Notes under the pieces: generated by a model
Seen by the model: the letters and a program-made list of their open reading frames with translations, nothing else
Database searches by the model: none
What the model was told of the DNA's origin: nothing
Part shown: piece after piece, positions 12,601 to 25,100 of the stretch
Numbering within the stretch: the stretch's first letter is position 1
How the letters are laid out: each line of letters begins with the position of its first letter
Translations under genes and position numbers: made by a program
Source of the DNA: the human T2T-CHM13v2.0 reference genome, Homo sapiens
NCBI RefSeq assembly: GCF_009914755.1
Contig: NC_060943.1
Strand: one strand, 5' to 3'
Length of the DNA stretch: 64,000 nt

Positions 12601-15600
12601 GCAGACTTGAAACACTCTTTTTGTGGAATTTGCAAGTGGAGATTTCAGCCGCTTTGAGTTCAATGGTAGAATAGGAAATATCTTCCTATAGAAACTACAC
12701 AGAATGATTCTCAGAAACTCCTTTGTGATGTGTGCGTTCAACTCACAGAGTTCAACCTTTCTTTTCATAGAGCAGTTGGGAAACACTCTGTTTGTAAATT
12801 CTGCAAGTGGATATTCAGACTTCTTTGAGGCCTCCGTTGGAAGCGGGATTTCTTCATATTCTGCTAGACAGAAGAATTCTCAGTAACTTCCTTGTGTTGT
12901 GTGTATTCAACTCACAGAGTTGAATGTTCCTTTACACAGAACAGACTTCAAACACTCTTGTTCTGGAATTTGCAAGTGGAGATTTCAGCCGCTTTGAGGT
13001 CAATGGTAGAAAAAGAAATATCTTCCTATAAAAACTAGACAGAATGATTCTCAGAATCTCCTTTGTGATGTGTGCGTTCAACTCACATAGTTTAACCTTT
13101 CTTTTCATAGAGTAGTTAGGAAACACTCTGTTTGTAAAGTCTGCAAGTGGATATTCACACCTCCTTGAGGCCTTCGTTGGAAACGGGATTTCTTCATATT
13201 ATGCTAGACAGAAGAATTCTCAGTAACTTCCTTGTAGTGTGTGTATTCAACTCACTGAGTTAAACGATCCTTTACACAGAGCAGACTTGAAACACTCTTT
13301 TTGTGGAATTTGCAAGTGGAGATTTCAGCCGCTTTGAGGTCAATGGTAGAATAGGAAATATCTTCCTATAGAAACTAGACAGAATGATTCTCAGAAACTC
13401 CTTTGTGATGTGTGCGTTCAACTCACAGAGTTTAACCTTTCTTTTCATAGAGCAGTTAGGAAACACTCTGTTTTTATAGTCTGCAAGAGGATATTCAGAC
13501 ATCTTTGAGGCCTTCGTTGGAAACGGGATTCCTTCATATTCTGCTATACAGAAGAATTCTCAGAAACTTCCTTGTGTTGTGTGTTTTCAACTCACAGAGT
13601 TGAACGATGCTTTACACAGAGTAGACTTGAAACACACTTTTTGTGTAATTTGCAAGTGGAGATTTCAGCCGCTTTGAGGTCAATGGTAGAAAAGGAAATA
13701 TCTTCGTATAAAAACTAGACAGAATGATTCTCAGAAACTCCTTTGTGATGTGTGCGTTCAACTCACAGAGTTTATCCTTTCTTTTCATAGAACAGTTAGG
13801 AAACACTCTGTTTGTAAAGTCTGCAAGTCGATATTCAGACATCCTAGAGGCTTTCGTTGGAAACGGGATTTCTTCATATTCTGCTATACAGAAGAATTCT
13901 CAGAAACTTCCTTGTGTTGTGTGTTTTCAACTCACAGAGTTGAACGATGCTTTACACAGAGTAGACTTGAAACACTCTTGTTGTGGAATTTGCAAGTGGA
14001 GATTTCAGCCGCTTTGAGGTCAATGGTAGAATAGGAAATATCTTCCTATAGAAACTAGACAGAATGATTCTCAGAAACTCCTTTGTGATGTGTGCGTTCA
14101 ACTCACAGAGTTTAACCTTTCTTTTCATAGAGCAGTTAGGAAACACTCTGTTTGTAAAGTCTGCAAGTGGATATTCAGACCTCCTTGAGGCCTTCGTTGG
14201 AAACTGCATTTCTTCATATTATGCTAGACAGAAGAATTCTCAGTAACTTCCTTGTGTTGTGTGTATTCAACTCACAGAGTTGAACGATCCTTTACACAGA
14301 GCAGACTTCAAACACTTTTTGTGGAATTTGCGAGTGGAGATTTCAGCCGCTTTGAGGTCAGTGGTAGAATAGGAAATATCTTCCTATAGAAACTAGACAG
14401 AATGATTCTCAGAAACTCCTTTGTGATGTGTGCGTTCAACTCACAGAGTTTAACCTTTCTTTTCATAGAGCAGTTAGGAAACACTCTGTTTGTAAAGTCT
14501 GCAGGTAGATATTCAGACATCTTTGAGGCTTTCGTTGGAAACGGGATTTCTTCATATTCTGCTAGACAGAAGAATTCTCAGAAACTTCCTTGTGTTTTGT
14601 GTATTCAACTCACAGAGTTGAACGATCCTTTACTCAGAGCAGACTTGAAACACTCCTTTTGTGGAATTTGCAAGTGGAGATTTCAGCCGCTTTGAGGTCA
14701 ATGGTAGAATAGGAAATATCTTCCTATAGAAACTAGACAGAATGATTCTCAGAAACTCCTTTGTGATGTGTGCGTTCAGCTCACAGAGTTTAACCTTTCT
14801 TTTCATAGAGCAGTTAGGAAACACTCTGTTTGTAAAGTCTGCAAGTGGATATTCAGACATCTTTGAGGCCTTCGTTGGAAACGGGATTTCTTCATGTTCT
14901 GCTAGACAGAAGAATTCTCAGAAACTTCCTTGTGTTGTGTGTTTTCAACTCACAGAGTTGAACGATGCTTTACACAGAGTAGACTTGAAACACTCTTTTT
15001 GTGTAATTTGCAAGTGGAGATTTCAGCCGCTTTGAGGTCAAAGGTAGAAAAGGAAATATCTTCGTATAAAAACTAGACAGAATGATTCTCAGAAACTCCT
15101 TTGTGATGTGTGCGTTCAACTCACAGAGTTTAACCTTTCTTTTCATAGAGCAGTTAGGAAACACTCTGTTTGTAAAGTCTGCAAGTGGATATTCAGACCT
15201 CTTTGAGGCCTTCTTTGGAAACGGGATTTCTTCATATTCTGCTAGAGAGAAGAATTCTCAGTAACTTCATTGTGTTGTGTGTATTCAACTAACAGATTTC
15301 AACGATCCTTTACACAGAGCAGACTTGAAACACTCTTTTTCTGGAATTTGCAAGTGGAGATTTCAGCCGCTTTGAGGTCAATGGTAGAATAGGAAATATC
15401 TTCCTATAGAAACTAGACAGAATGATTCTCAGAAACTCCTTTGTGATGTGTGCGTTCAACTCACAGAGTTCAACCTTTCTTTTCATAGAGCAGTTGGGAA
15501 ACACTCTGTTTGTAAAGTCTGCAAGTGGATATTCAGACTTCTTTGAGGCCTTCGTTGGAAGCGGGATTGCTTCATATTCTGCTAGAAAGAAGAATTCTCA

Positions 15601-17399
15601 GTAACTTCCTTGTGTTGTGTGTATTCAACTCACAGATTTGAATGATCCTTTACACAGAACAGTCTTGAAACACTCTTTTTGTGGAATTTGCAAGTGGAGA
15701 CTTCAGCCGTTTGAGGTCTATGGTAGAATAGGAAATATCTTCCTATAGAAACTAGACAGAATGATTCTCAGAAACTCCTTTGTGATGTGTGCGTTCAACT
15801 CACAGAGTTTAACCTTTCTTTTCATAGAGCAGTTAGGAAACACTCTGTTTGTAAAGTCTGCAAGTGGATATTCAGACATCTTTGAGGCTTTCGTTGGAAA
15901 CGGGATTTCTTCATATTCTGCTAGACAGAAGAATTCTCAGAAACTTCGTTGTGTTGTGTGTTTTCAACTCACAGAGTTCAACGATCCTTTACACAGAGTA
16001 GACTTGAAACACTCTTTTTGTGGAATTGGCAGGGTGGAGATTTCAGCCGCTTTGAGGTCAATGGTAGAAAAGGAAATATCTTCGTATAAAAACTAGACAG
16101 AGTGATTCTCAGAAACTCCTTTGTGATGTCTGCGTTCAACTCACAGAGTTTAACCTTTCTTTTCATAGAGCAGTTAGGAAACACTGTGTTTGTAAAGTCT
16201 GCAAGTGGATATTCAGACCTCCTTGAGGCCTTCGTTGGAAACGGGATTTCTTCATATTCTGCTATACAGAAGAATTCTCAGAAACTTCCTTGTGTTGTGT
16301 GTATTCAACTCACAGAGTTGAACGATTCTTTACACAGAGCAGACTTGAAACACTCTTCTTGTGGAATTTGCAAGTGGAGATTTCAGCCGCTTTGAGGTCA
16401 ATGGTAGAATAGGAAATATCTTCCTATAGAAACTAGACAGAATGATTCTCAGAAACTCCTTTGTGATGTGTGCGTTCAACTCACAGAGTTTAACCTTTCT
16501 TTTCATAGAGCAGTTAGGAAACACTCTGTTTGTAAAGTCTGCAAGTGGATATTCAGACATCTTTGAGGCCTTCGTTGGAAACAGGATTTCTTCATGTTCT
16601 GCTAGACAGAAGAATTCTCAGAAACTTCCTTGTGTTGTGTGTTTTCAACTCACAGAGTTGAACGATGCTTTACACAGAGTAGACTTGAAACACTCTTTTT
16701 GTGTAATTTGCAAGTGGAGATTTCAGCCGCTTTGAGGTCAGTGGTAGAAAAGGAAATATCTTCGTATTAAAACTAGACAGAATGATTCTCAGAAACTCCA
16801 TTGTGATGTGTGCGTTCAACTCACAGAGTTTAACCTTTCTTTTCATAGAGCAGTTAGGAAACACTCTGTTTGTAAAGTCTGCAAGTGGATATTCAGACCT
16901 CTTTGAGGCCTTCGTTGGAAACTGGATTTCTTCATATTCTGCTAGAGAGAAGAATTCTCAGTAACTTCATTGTGTTGTGTGTATTCAACTCACAGATTTC
17001 AACGATCCTTTACACAGAGCAGACTTGAAACACTCTTTTTCTGGAATTTGCAAGTGGAGATTTCAGCCGCTTTGAGGTCAATGGTAGAATAGGAAATATC
17101 TTCCTATAGACACTAGACAGAATGATTCTCAGAAACTCCTTTGTGATGTGTGCGTTCAACTCACAGAGTTTAACCTTTCTTTTCATAGAGCAGTTAGGAA
17201 ACACTCTGTTTGTAAAGTCTGCAAGTGGATATTCAGACCTCCTTGAGGCCTTCGTTGGAAACGGGATTTCTACATATTATGCTAGACAGAAGAATTCTCA
17301 GTAACTTCCTTGTGTTGTGTGTATTCAACTCACAGAGTTGAACGATCCTTTACAGAGAGCAGACTTGAAACACTCTTTTTGTGGAATTTGCAAGTGGAG

Positions 17400-20300
17400 A
17401 TTTCAGCCTCTTTGAGGTCAATGGTAGAATAGGAAATATCTTCCTATAGAAACCAGACAGAATGATTCTGAGAAACTCCTTTGTGATGTGTGCGTTCAAC
17501 TCACAGAGTTTAACCTTTCTTTTCATAGAGCAGTTAGGAAACACTCTGTTTGTAAAGTCTGCAAGTGGATATTCAGACCTCCTTGAGGCCTTCGTTGGAA
17601 ACGGGATTTCTTCCTATTATGCTAGACAGAAGAATTCTCAGTAACTTCCTTGTGTTGTGTGTATTCAACTCACAGAGTTGAATGATCCTTTACACAGAGC
17701 AGACTTGAAACACTCTTTTTGTGGAATTTGCAAGTGGAGATTTCAGCCGTTTTGAGTTCAATGGTAGAATAGGAAATATCTTCCTATAGAAACTAGACAG
17801 AATGATTCTCAGAAACTCCTTTGTGATGTGTGCGTTCAACTCACAGAGTTCAACCTTTCTTTTCATAGAGCAGTTGGGAAACACTCTGTTTGTAAAGTCT
17901 GCAAGTGGATATTCAGACTTCTTTGAGGCCTTCGTTGGAAGCGGGATTTCTTCATATTCTGCTAGACAGAAGAATTCTCAGTAACTTCCTTGTGTTGTGT
18001 GTATTCAACTCACAGAGTTGAACGATCCTTTACACAGAGCAGACTTGAAACACTCTTTTGGTGGAATTTGCAAGTGGAGATTTCAGCCGCTTTGAGGTCA
18101 ATGGTAGAATAGGAAATATCTTCCTATAGAAACTAGACAGAATGATTCTCAGAAACTCCTTTGTGATGTGTGCGTTCAACTCACAGAGTTTAACCTTTCT
18201 TTTCATAGAGCAGTTAGGAAACACTCTGTTTGTAAAGTCTGCAAGTGGATATTCAGACATCTTTGAGGCTTTCGTTGGAAACGGGATTTCTTCATATTCT
18301 GCTAGAAAGAAGAATTCTCAGTAACTTCCTTGTGTTGTGTGTATTCAACTCACAGAGTTGAATGATCCTTTACACAGAACAGTCTTGAAACACTCTTTTT
18401 GTGGAATTTGCAAGTGGAGATTTCAGCCGCTTTGAGGTCAATGGTAGAATAGGAAATATCTTCCTATAGAAACTAGACAGAATGATTCTCAGAAACTCCT
18501 TTGTGTTGTGTGCGTTCAACTCACAGAGTTTAACCTTTCTTTTCATAGAGCAGTTAGGAAACACTCTGTTTGTAAAGTCTGCAAGTGGATATTCAGACAT
18601 CTTTGAGGCTTTCGTTGGAAACGGGATTTCTTCATATTCTGCTAGACAGAAGAATTCTCAGAAACTTCGTTGTGTTGTGTGTTTTCAACTCACAGAGTTC
18701 AACGATCCTTTACACAGAGTAGACTTGAAACACTCTTTTTGTGGAATTGGCAGGGTGGAGATTTCAGCCGCTTTGAGGTCAATGGTAGAAAAGGAAATAT
18801 CTTCGTATAAAAACTAGACAGAATGATTCTCAGAAACTCCTTTGTGATGTGTGCGTTCAACTCACAGAGTTTAACCTTTCTTTTCATAGAGCAGTTAGGG
18901 AACACTCTGTTTGTAAAGTCTGCAAGTGGATATTCAGACCTCTTTGAGGCCTTCGTTGGAAACGGGATTTCTTCATATTATGCTAGACAGAAGAATTCTC
19001 AGTAACTTCCTTGTGTTGTGTGTATTCAACTCACAGAGTTGAACGATCCTTTACACAGAGCAGACTTGAAACACTCTTTTTGTGGAAATTGCAAGTGGAG
19101 ATTTCAGCCGCTTTGAGGTCAATGGTAGAAAAGGAAATATCTTCGTATAAAAACTAGACAGAATGATTCTCAGAAACTCCTTTGTGATGTGTGCGTTCAA
19201 CTCACAGAGTTTAACGTTTCTTTTCATAGAGCAGTTAGGAAACACTCTGTTTGTAAAGTCTGCAAGTGGATATTCAGACATCTTTGAGGCCTTCGTTGGA
19301 AACGGGATTTCTTCATGTTCTGCTAGACAGAAGAATTCTCAGAAACTTCCTTGTGTTGTGTGTTTTCAACTCACAGAGTTGAACGATGCTTTACACAGAG
19401 TAGACTTGAAACACTCTTTTTGTGTAATTTGCAAGTGGAGATTTCAGCCGCTTTGAGGTCAATGGTAGAAAAGGAAATATCTTCGTATAAAAACTAGACA
19501 GAATGATTCTCAGAAACTCCTTTGTGATGTGTGCGTTCAACTCACAGAGTTTAACCTTTCTTTTCATAGAGCAGTTAGGAAACACTCTGTTTGTAAAGTC
19601 TGCAAGTGGATATTCAGACCTCCTTGAGGCCTTGGTTGGAAACGGGATTTCTTCATATTATGCTAGACAGAAGAATTCTCAGTAACTTCCTTGTGTTGTG
19701 TGTATTCAACTCACAGAGTTGAACGATCCTTTACACAGAGTAGACTTGAAACACTCTTTTTGTGTAATTTGCAAGTGGAGATTTCAGCCGCTTTGATGTC
19801 AGTGGTAGAAAAGGAAATATCTTCGTATAAAAACTAGACAGAATGATTCTCAGAAACTCCTTTGTGATGTGTGCGTTCAACTCACAGAGTTTAACCTTTC
19901 TTTTCATAGAGCAGTTAGGAAACACTCTGTTTGTAAAGTCTGCAAGTGGATATTCAGACCTCTTTGAGGCCTTCGTTGAAAACGGGATTTCTTCATATTC
20001 TGCTAGAGAGAAGAATTCTCAGTAACTTCATTGTGTTGTGTGTATTCAACTCACAGATTTCAACGATCCTTTACACAGAGCAGACTTGAAACACTCTTTT
20101 TGTGGAATTTGCAAGTGGAGATTTCAGCCTCTTTGAGGTCAATGGTAGAATAGGAAATATCTTCCTATAGAAACCAGACAGAATGATTCTGAGAAACTCC
20201 TTTGTGATGTGTGCGTTCAACTCACAGAGTTTAACCTTTCTTTTCATAGAGCAGTTAGGAAACACTCTGTTTGTAAAGTCTGCAAGTGGATATTCAGACC

Positions 20301-23300
20301 TCCTTGAGGCCTTCGTTGGAAACGGGATTTCTTCCTATTATGCTAGACAGAAGAATTCTCAGTAACTTCCTTGTGTTGTGTGTATTCAACTCACAGAGTT
20401 GAATGATCCTTTAAACAGAGCAGACTTGAAACACTCTTTTTGTGGAATTTGCAAGTGGAGATTTCAGCCGTTTTGAGTTCAATGGTAGAATAGGAAATAT
20501 CTTCCTATAGAAACTAGACAGAATGATTCTCAGAAACTCCTTTGTGATGTGTGCGTTCAACTCACAGAGTTCAACCTTTCTTTTCATAGAGCAGTTGGGA
20601 AACACTCTGTTTGTAAAGTCTGCAAGTGGATATTCAGACTTCTTTGAGGCCTTCGTTGGAAGCGGGATTTCTTCATATTCTGCTAGACAGAAGAATTCTC
20701 AGTAACTTCCTTGTGTTGTGTGTATTCAACTCACAGAGTTGAACGATCCTTTACACAGAGCAGACTTGAAACACTCTTTTGGTGGAATTTGCAAGTGGAG
20801 ATTTCAGCCGCTTTGAGGTCAATGGTAGAATAGGAAATATCTTCCTATAGAAACTAGACAGAATGATTCTCAGAAACTCCTTTGTGATGTGTGCGTTCAA
20901 CTCACAGAGTTTAACGTTTCTTTTCATAGAGCAGTTAGGAAACACTCTGTTTGTAAAGTCTGCAAGTGGATATTCAGACATCTTTGAGGCTTTCGTTGGA
21001 AACGGGATTTCTTCATATTCTGCTAGAAAGAAGAATTCTCAGTAACTTCCTTGTGTTGTGTGTATTCAACTCACAGAGTTGAATGATCCTTTACACAGAA
21101 CAGTCTTGAAACAGTCTTTTTGTGGAATTTGCAAGTGGAGATTTCAGCCGCTTTGAGGTCAATGGTAGAATAGGAAATATCTTCCTATAGAAACTAGACA
21201 GAATGATTCTCAGAAACTCCTTTGTGATGTGTGCGTTCAACTCACAGAGTTTAACCTTTCTTTTCATAGAGCAGTTAGGAAACACTCTGTTTGTAAAGTC
21301 TGCAAGTGGATATTCAGACATCTTTGAGGCTTTCTTTGAAATGGGATTTCTTCATATTCTGCTAGACAGAAGAATTCTCAGAAACTTCGTTGTGTTGTGT
21401 GTTTTCAACACACAGAGTTCAACGATCCTTTACACAGAGTAGACTTGAAACACTCTTTTTGTGGAATTGGCAGGGTGGAGATTTCAGCCGCTTTGAGGTC
21501 AATGGTAGAAAAGGAAATATCTTCGTATAAAAACTAGACAGAATGATTCTCAGAAACTCCTTTGTGATGTGTGCGTTCAACTCACAGAGTTTAACCTTTC
21601 TTTTCATAGAGCAGTTAGGAAACACTCTGTTTGTAAAGTCTGCAAGTGGATATTCAGACCTCTTTGAGGCCTTCGTTGGAAACGGGATTTCTTCATATTA
21701 TGCTAGACAGAAGAATTCTCAGTAACTTCCTTGTGTTGTGTGTATTCAACTCACAGAGTTGAACGATCCTTTACACAGAGCAGACTTGAAACACTCTTTT
21801 TGTGGAAATTGCAAGTGGAGATTTCAGCCGCTTTGAGGTCAATGGTAGAAAAGGAAATATCTTCGTATAAAAACTAGACAGAATGATTCTCAGAAACTAC
21901 TTTGTGATGTGTGCGTTCAACTCACAGAGTTTAACCTTTCTTTTCATAGAGCAGTTAGGAAACACTCTGTTTGTAAAGTCTGCAAGTGGATATTCAGACC
22001 TCCTTGAGGCCTTCGTTGGAAGCGGGATTTCTTCATATTATGCTAGACAGAAGAATTCTCAGTAACTTCCTTGTGTTGTGTGTATTCAACTCACAGAGTT
22101 GAACGATCCTTTACACAGAGCAGACTTGAAACACTCTTTTTGTGGAATTTGCAAGTGGAGATTTCAGCCGCTTTGAGTTCAATGGTAGAATAGGAAATAT
22201 CTTCCTATAGAAACTAGACAGAATGATTCTCAGAAACTCCTTTGTGATGTGTGCGTTCAACTCACAGAGTTCAACCTTTCTTTTCATAGAGCAGTTGGGA
22301 AACACTCTGTTTGCAAAGTCTGCAAGTGGATATTCAGACTTCTTTGAGGCCTTCGTTGGAAGCGGGATTTCTTCATATTCTGCTAGACAGAAGAATTCTC
22401 AGTAACTTCCTTGTGTTGTGTGTATTTAACTCACAGAGTTGAACGATCCTTTACACAGAGCAGACTTGAAACACTCTTTTGGTGGAATTTGCAAGTGGAG
22501 ATTTCAGCCGCTTTGAGGTCAATGGTAGAATAGGAAATATCTTCCTATAGAAACTAGACAGAATGATTCTCAGAAACTCCTTTGTGATGTGTGCGTTCAA
22601 CTCACAGAGTTTAACCTTTCTTTTCATAGAGCAGTTAGGAAACACTCTGTTTGTAAAGTCTGCAAGTGGATATTCAGACATCTTTGAGGCTTTCGTTGGA
22701 AACGGGATTTCTTCATATTCTGCTAGAAAGAAGAATTCTCAGTAACTTCCTTGTGTTGTGTGTATTCAACTCACAGAGTTGAATGATCCTTTACACAGAA
22801 CAGTCTTGAAACAGTCTTTTTGTGGAATTTGCAAGTGGAGGTTTCAGCCGCTTTGAGGTCAATGGTAGAATAGGAAATATCTTCCTATAGAAACTAGACA
22901 GAATGATTCTCAGAAACTCCTTTGTGATGTGTGCGTTCAACTCACAGAGTTTAACCTTTCTTTTCATAGAGCAGTTAGGAAACACTCTGTTTGTAAAGTC
23001 TGCAAGTGGATATTCAGACATCTTTGAGGCTTTCGTTGGAAACGGGATTTCTTCATATTCTGCTAGACAGAAGAATTCTCAGAAACTTCGTTGTGTTGTG
23101 TGTTTTCAACACACAGAGTTCAACGATCCTTTACACAGAGTAGACTTGAAACACTCTTTTTGTGGAATTGGCAGGGTGGAGATTTCAGCCGCTTTGAGGT
23201 CAATGGTAGAAAAGGAAATATCTTCGTATAAAAACTAGACAGAATGATTCTCAGAAACTCCTTTGTGATGTGTGCGTTCAACTCACAGAGTTTAACCTTT

Positions 23301-25100
23301 CTTTTCATAGAGCAGTTAGGAAACACTCTGTTTGTAAAGTCTGCATGTGGATATTCAGACCTCTTTGAGGCCTTCGTTGGAAACGGGATTTCTTCATATT
23401 ATGCTAGACAGAAGAATTCTCAGTAACTTCCTTGTGTTGTGTGTATTCAACTCACAGAGTTGAACGATCCTTTACACAGAGCAGACTGGAAACACTCTTT
23501 TTGTGGAAATTGCAAGTGGAGATTTCAGCCGCTTTGAGGTCAATGGTAGAAAAGGAAATATCTTCGTATAAAAACTAGACAGAATGATTCTCAGAAACTA
23601 CTTTGTGATGTGTGCGTTCAACTCACAGAGTTTAACCTTTCTTTTCATAGAGCAGTTAGGAAACACTCTGTTTGTAAAGTCTGCAAGTGGATATTCAGAC
23701 CTCCTTGAGGCCTTCGTTGGAAACGGGATTTCTTCATATTATGCAAGACAGAAGAATTCTCAGTAACTTCCTTGTGTTGTGTGTATTCAACTCACAGAGT
23801 TGAACGATCCTTTACACAGAGCAGACTTGAAACACTCTTCTTGTGGAATTTGCAAGTGGAGATTTCAGCCGCTTTGAGGTCAATGGTAGAATAGGAAATA
23901 TCTTCGTATAGAAACTAGACAGAATGATTCTCAGAAACTCCTTTGTGATGTGTGCGTTCAACTCACAGAGTTTAACGTTTCTTTTCATAGAGCAGTTAGG
24001 AAACACTCTGTTTGTAAAGTCTGCAAGTGGATATTCAGACATCTTTGAGGCCTTCGTTGGAAACGGGATTTCTTCATGTTCTGCTAGACAGAAGAATTCT
24101 CAGAAACTTCCTTGTGTTGTGTGTTTTCAACTCACAGAGTTGAACGATGCTTTACACAGAGTAGACTTGAAACACTCTTTTTGTGTAATTTGCAAGTGGA
24201 GATTTCAGCCGCCTTGAGGTCAATGGTAGAAAAGGAAATATCTTCGTATAAAAACTAGACAGAATGATTCTCAGAAACTCCTTTGTGATGTGTGCGTTCA
24301 ACTCACAGAGTTTAACCTTTCTTTTCATAGAGCAGTTAGGAAACACTCTGTTTGTAAAGTCTGCAAGTGGATATTCAGACCTCTTTGAGGCCTTCGTTGG
24401 AAACGGGATTTCTTCATATTATGCTAGACAGAAGAATTCTCAGTAACTTCCTTGTGTTGTGTGTATTCAACTCACAGAGTTGAACGATCCTTTACACAGA
24501 GCAGACTTGAAACACTCTTTTTGTGGAAATTGCAAGTGGAGGTTTCAGCCGCTTTGAGGTCAATGGTAGAAAAGGAAATATCTTCGTATAAAAACTAGAC
24601 AGAATGATTCTCAGAAACTACTTTGTGATGTGTGCGTTCAACTCACAGAGTTTAACCTTTCTTTTCATAGAGCAGTTAGGAAACACTCTGTTTGTAAAGT
24701 CTGCAAGTGGATATTCAGACCTCCTTGAGGCCTTCGTTGGAAGCGGGATTTCTTCATATTATGCTAGACAGAAGAATTCTCAGTAACTTCCTTGTGTTGT
24801 GTGTATTCAACTCACAGAGTTGAACGATCCTTTACACAGAGCAGACTTGAAACACTCTTTTTGTGGAATTTGCAAGTGGAGATTTCAGCCGCTTTGAGTT
24901 CAATGGTAGAATAGGAAATATCTTCCTATAGAAACTAGACAGAATGATTCTCAGAAACTCCTTTGTGATGTGTGCGTTCAACTCACAGAGTTCAACCTTT
25001 ATTTTCATAGAGCAGTTGGGAAACACTCTGTTTGTAAAGTCTGCAAGTGGATATTCAGACTTCTTTGAGGCCTTCGTTGGAAGCGGGATTTCTTCATATT
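17400..25100 (+). repeat. Overlapping local duplications with 8-dimer (about 2721 bp) and 5-dimer (about 1700 bp) offsets
   Basis: aaccagac (about 17451/20172), agccgttttgag and cttttggtgg recur at +2721. aacagtcttt, caacacacag and aaactacttt recur at +1700/1701. Confidence 0.85.
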
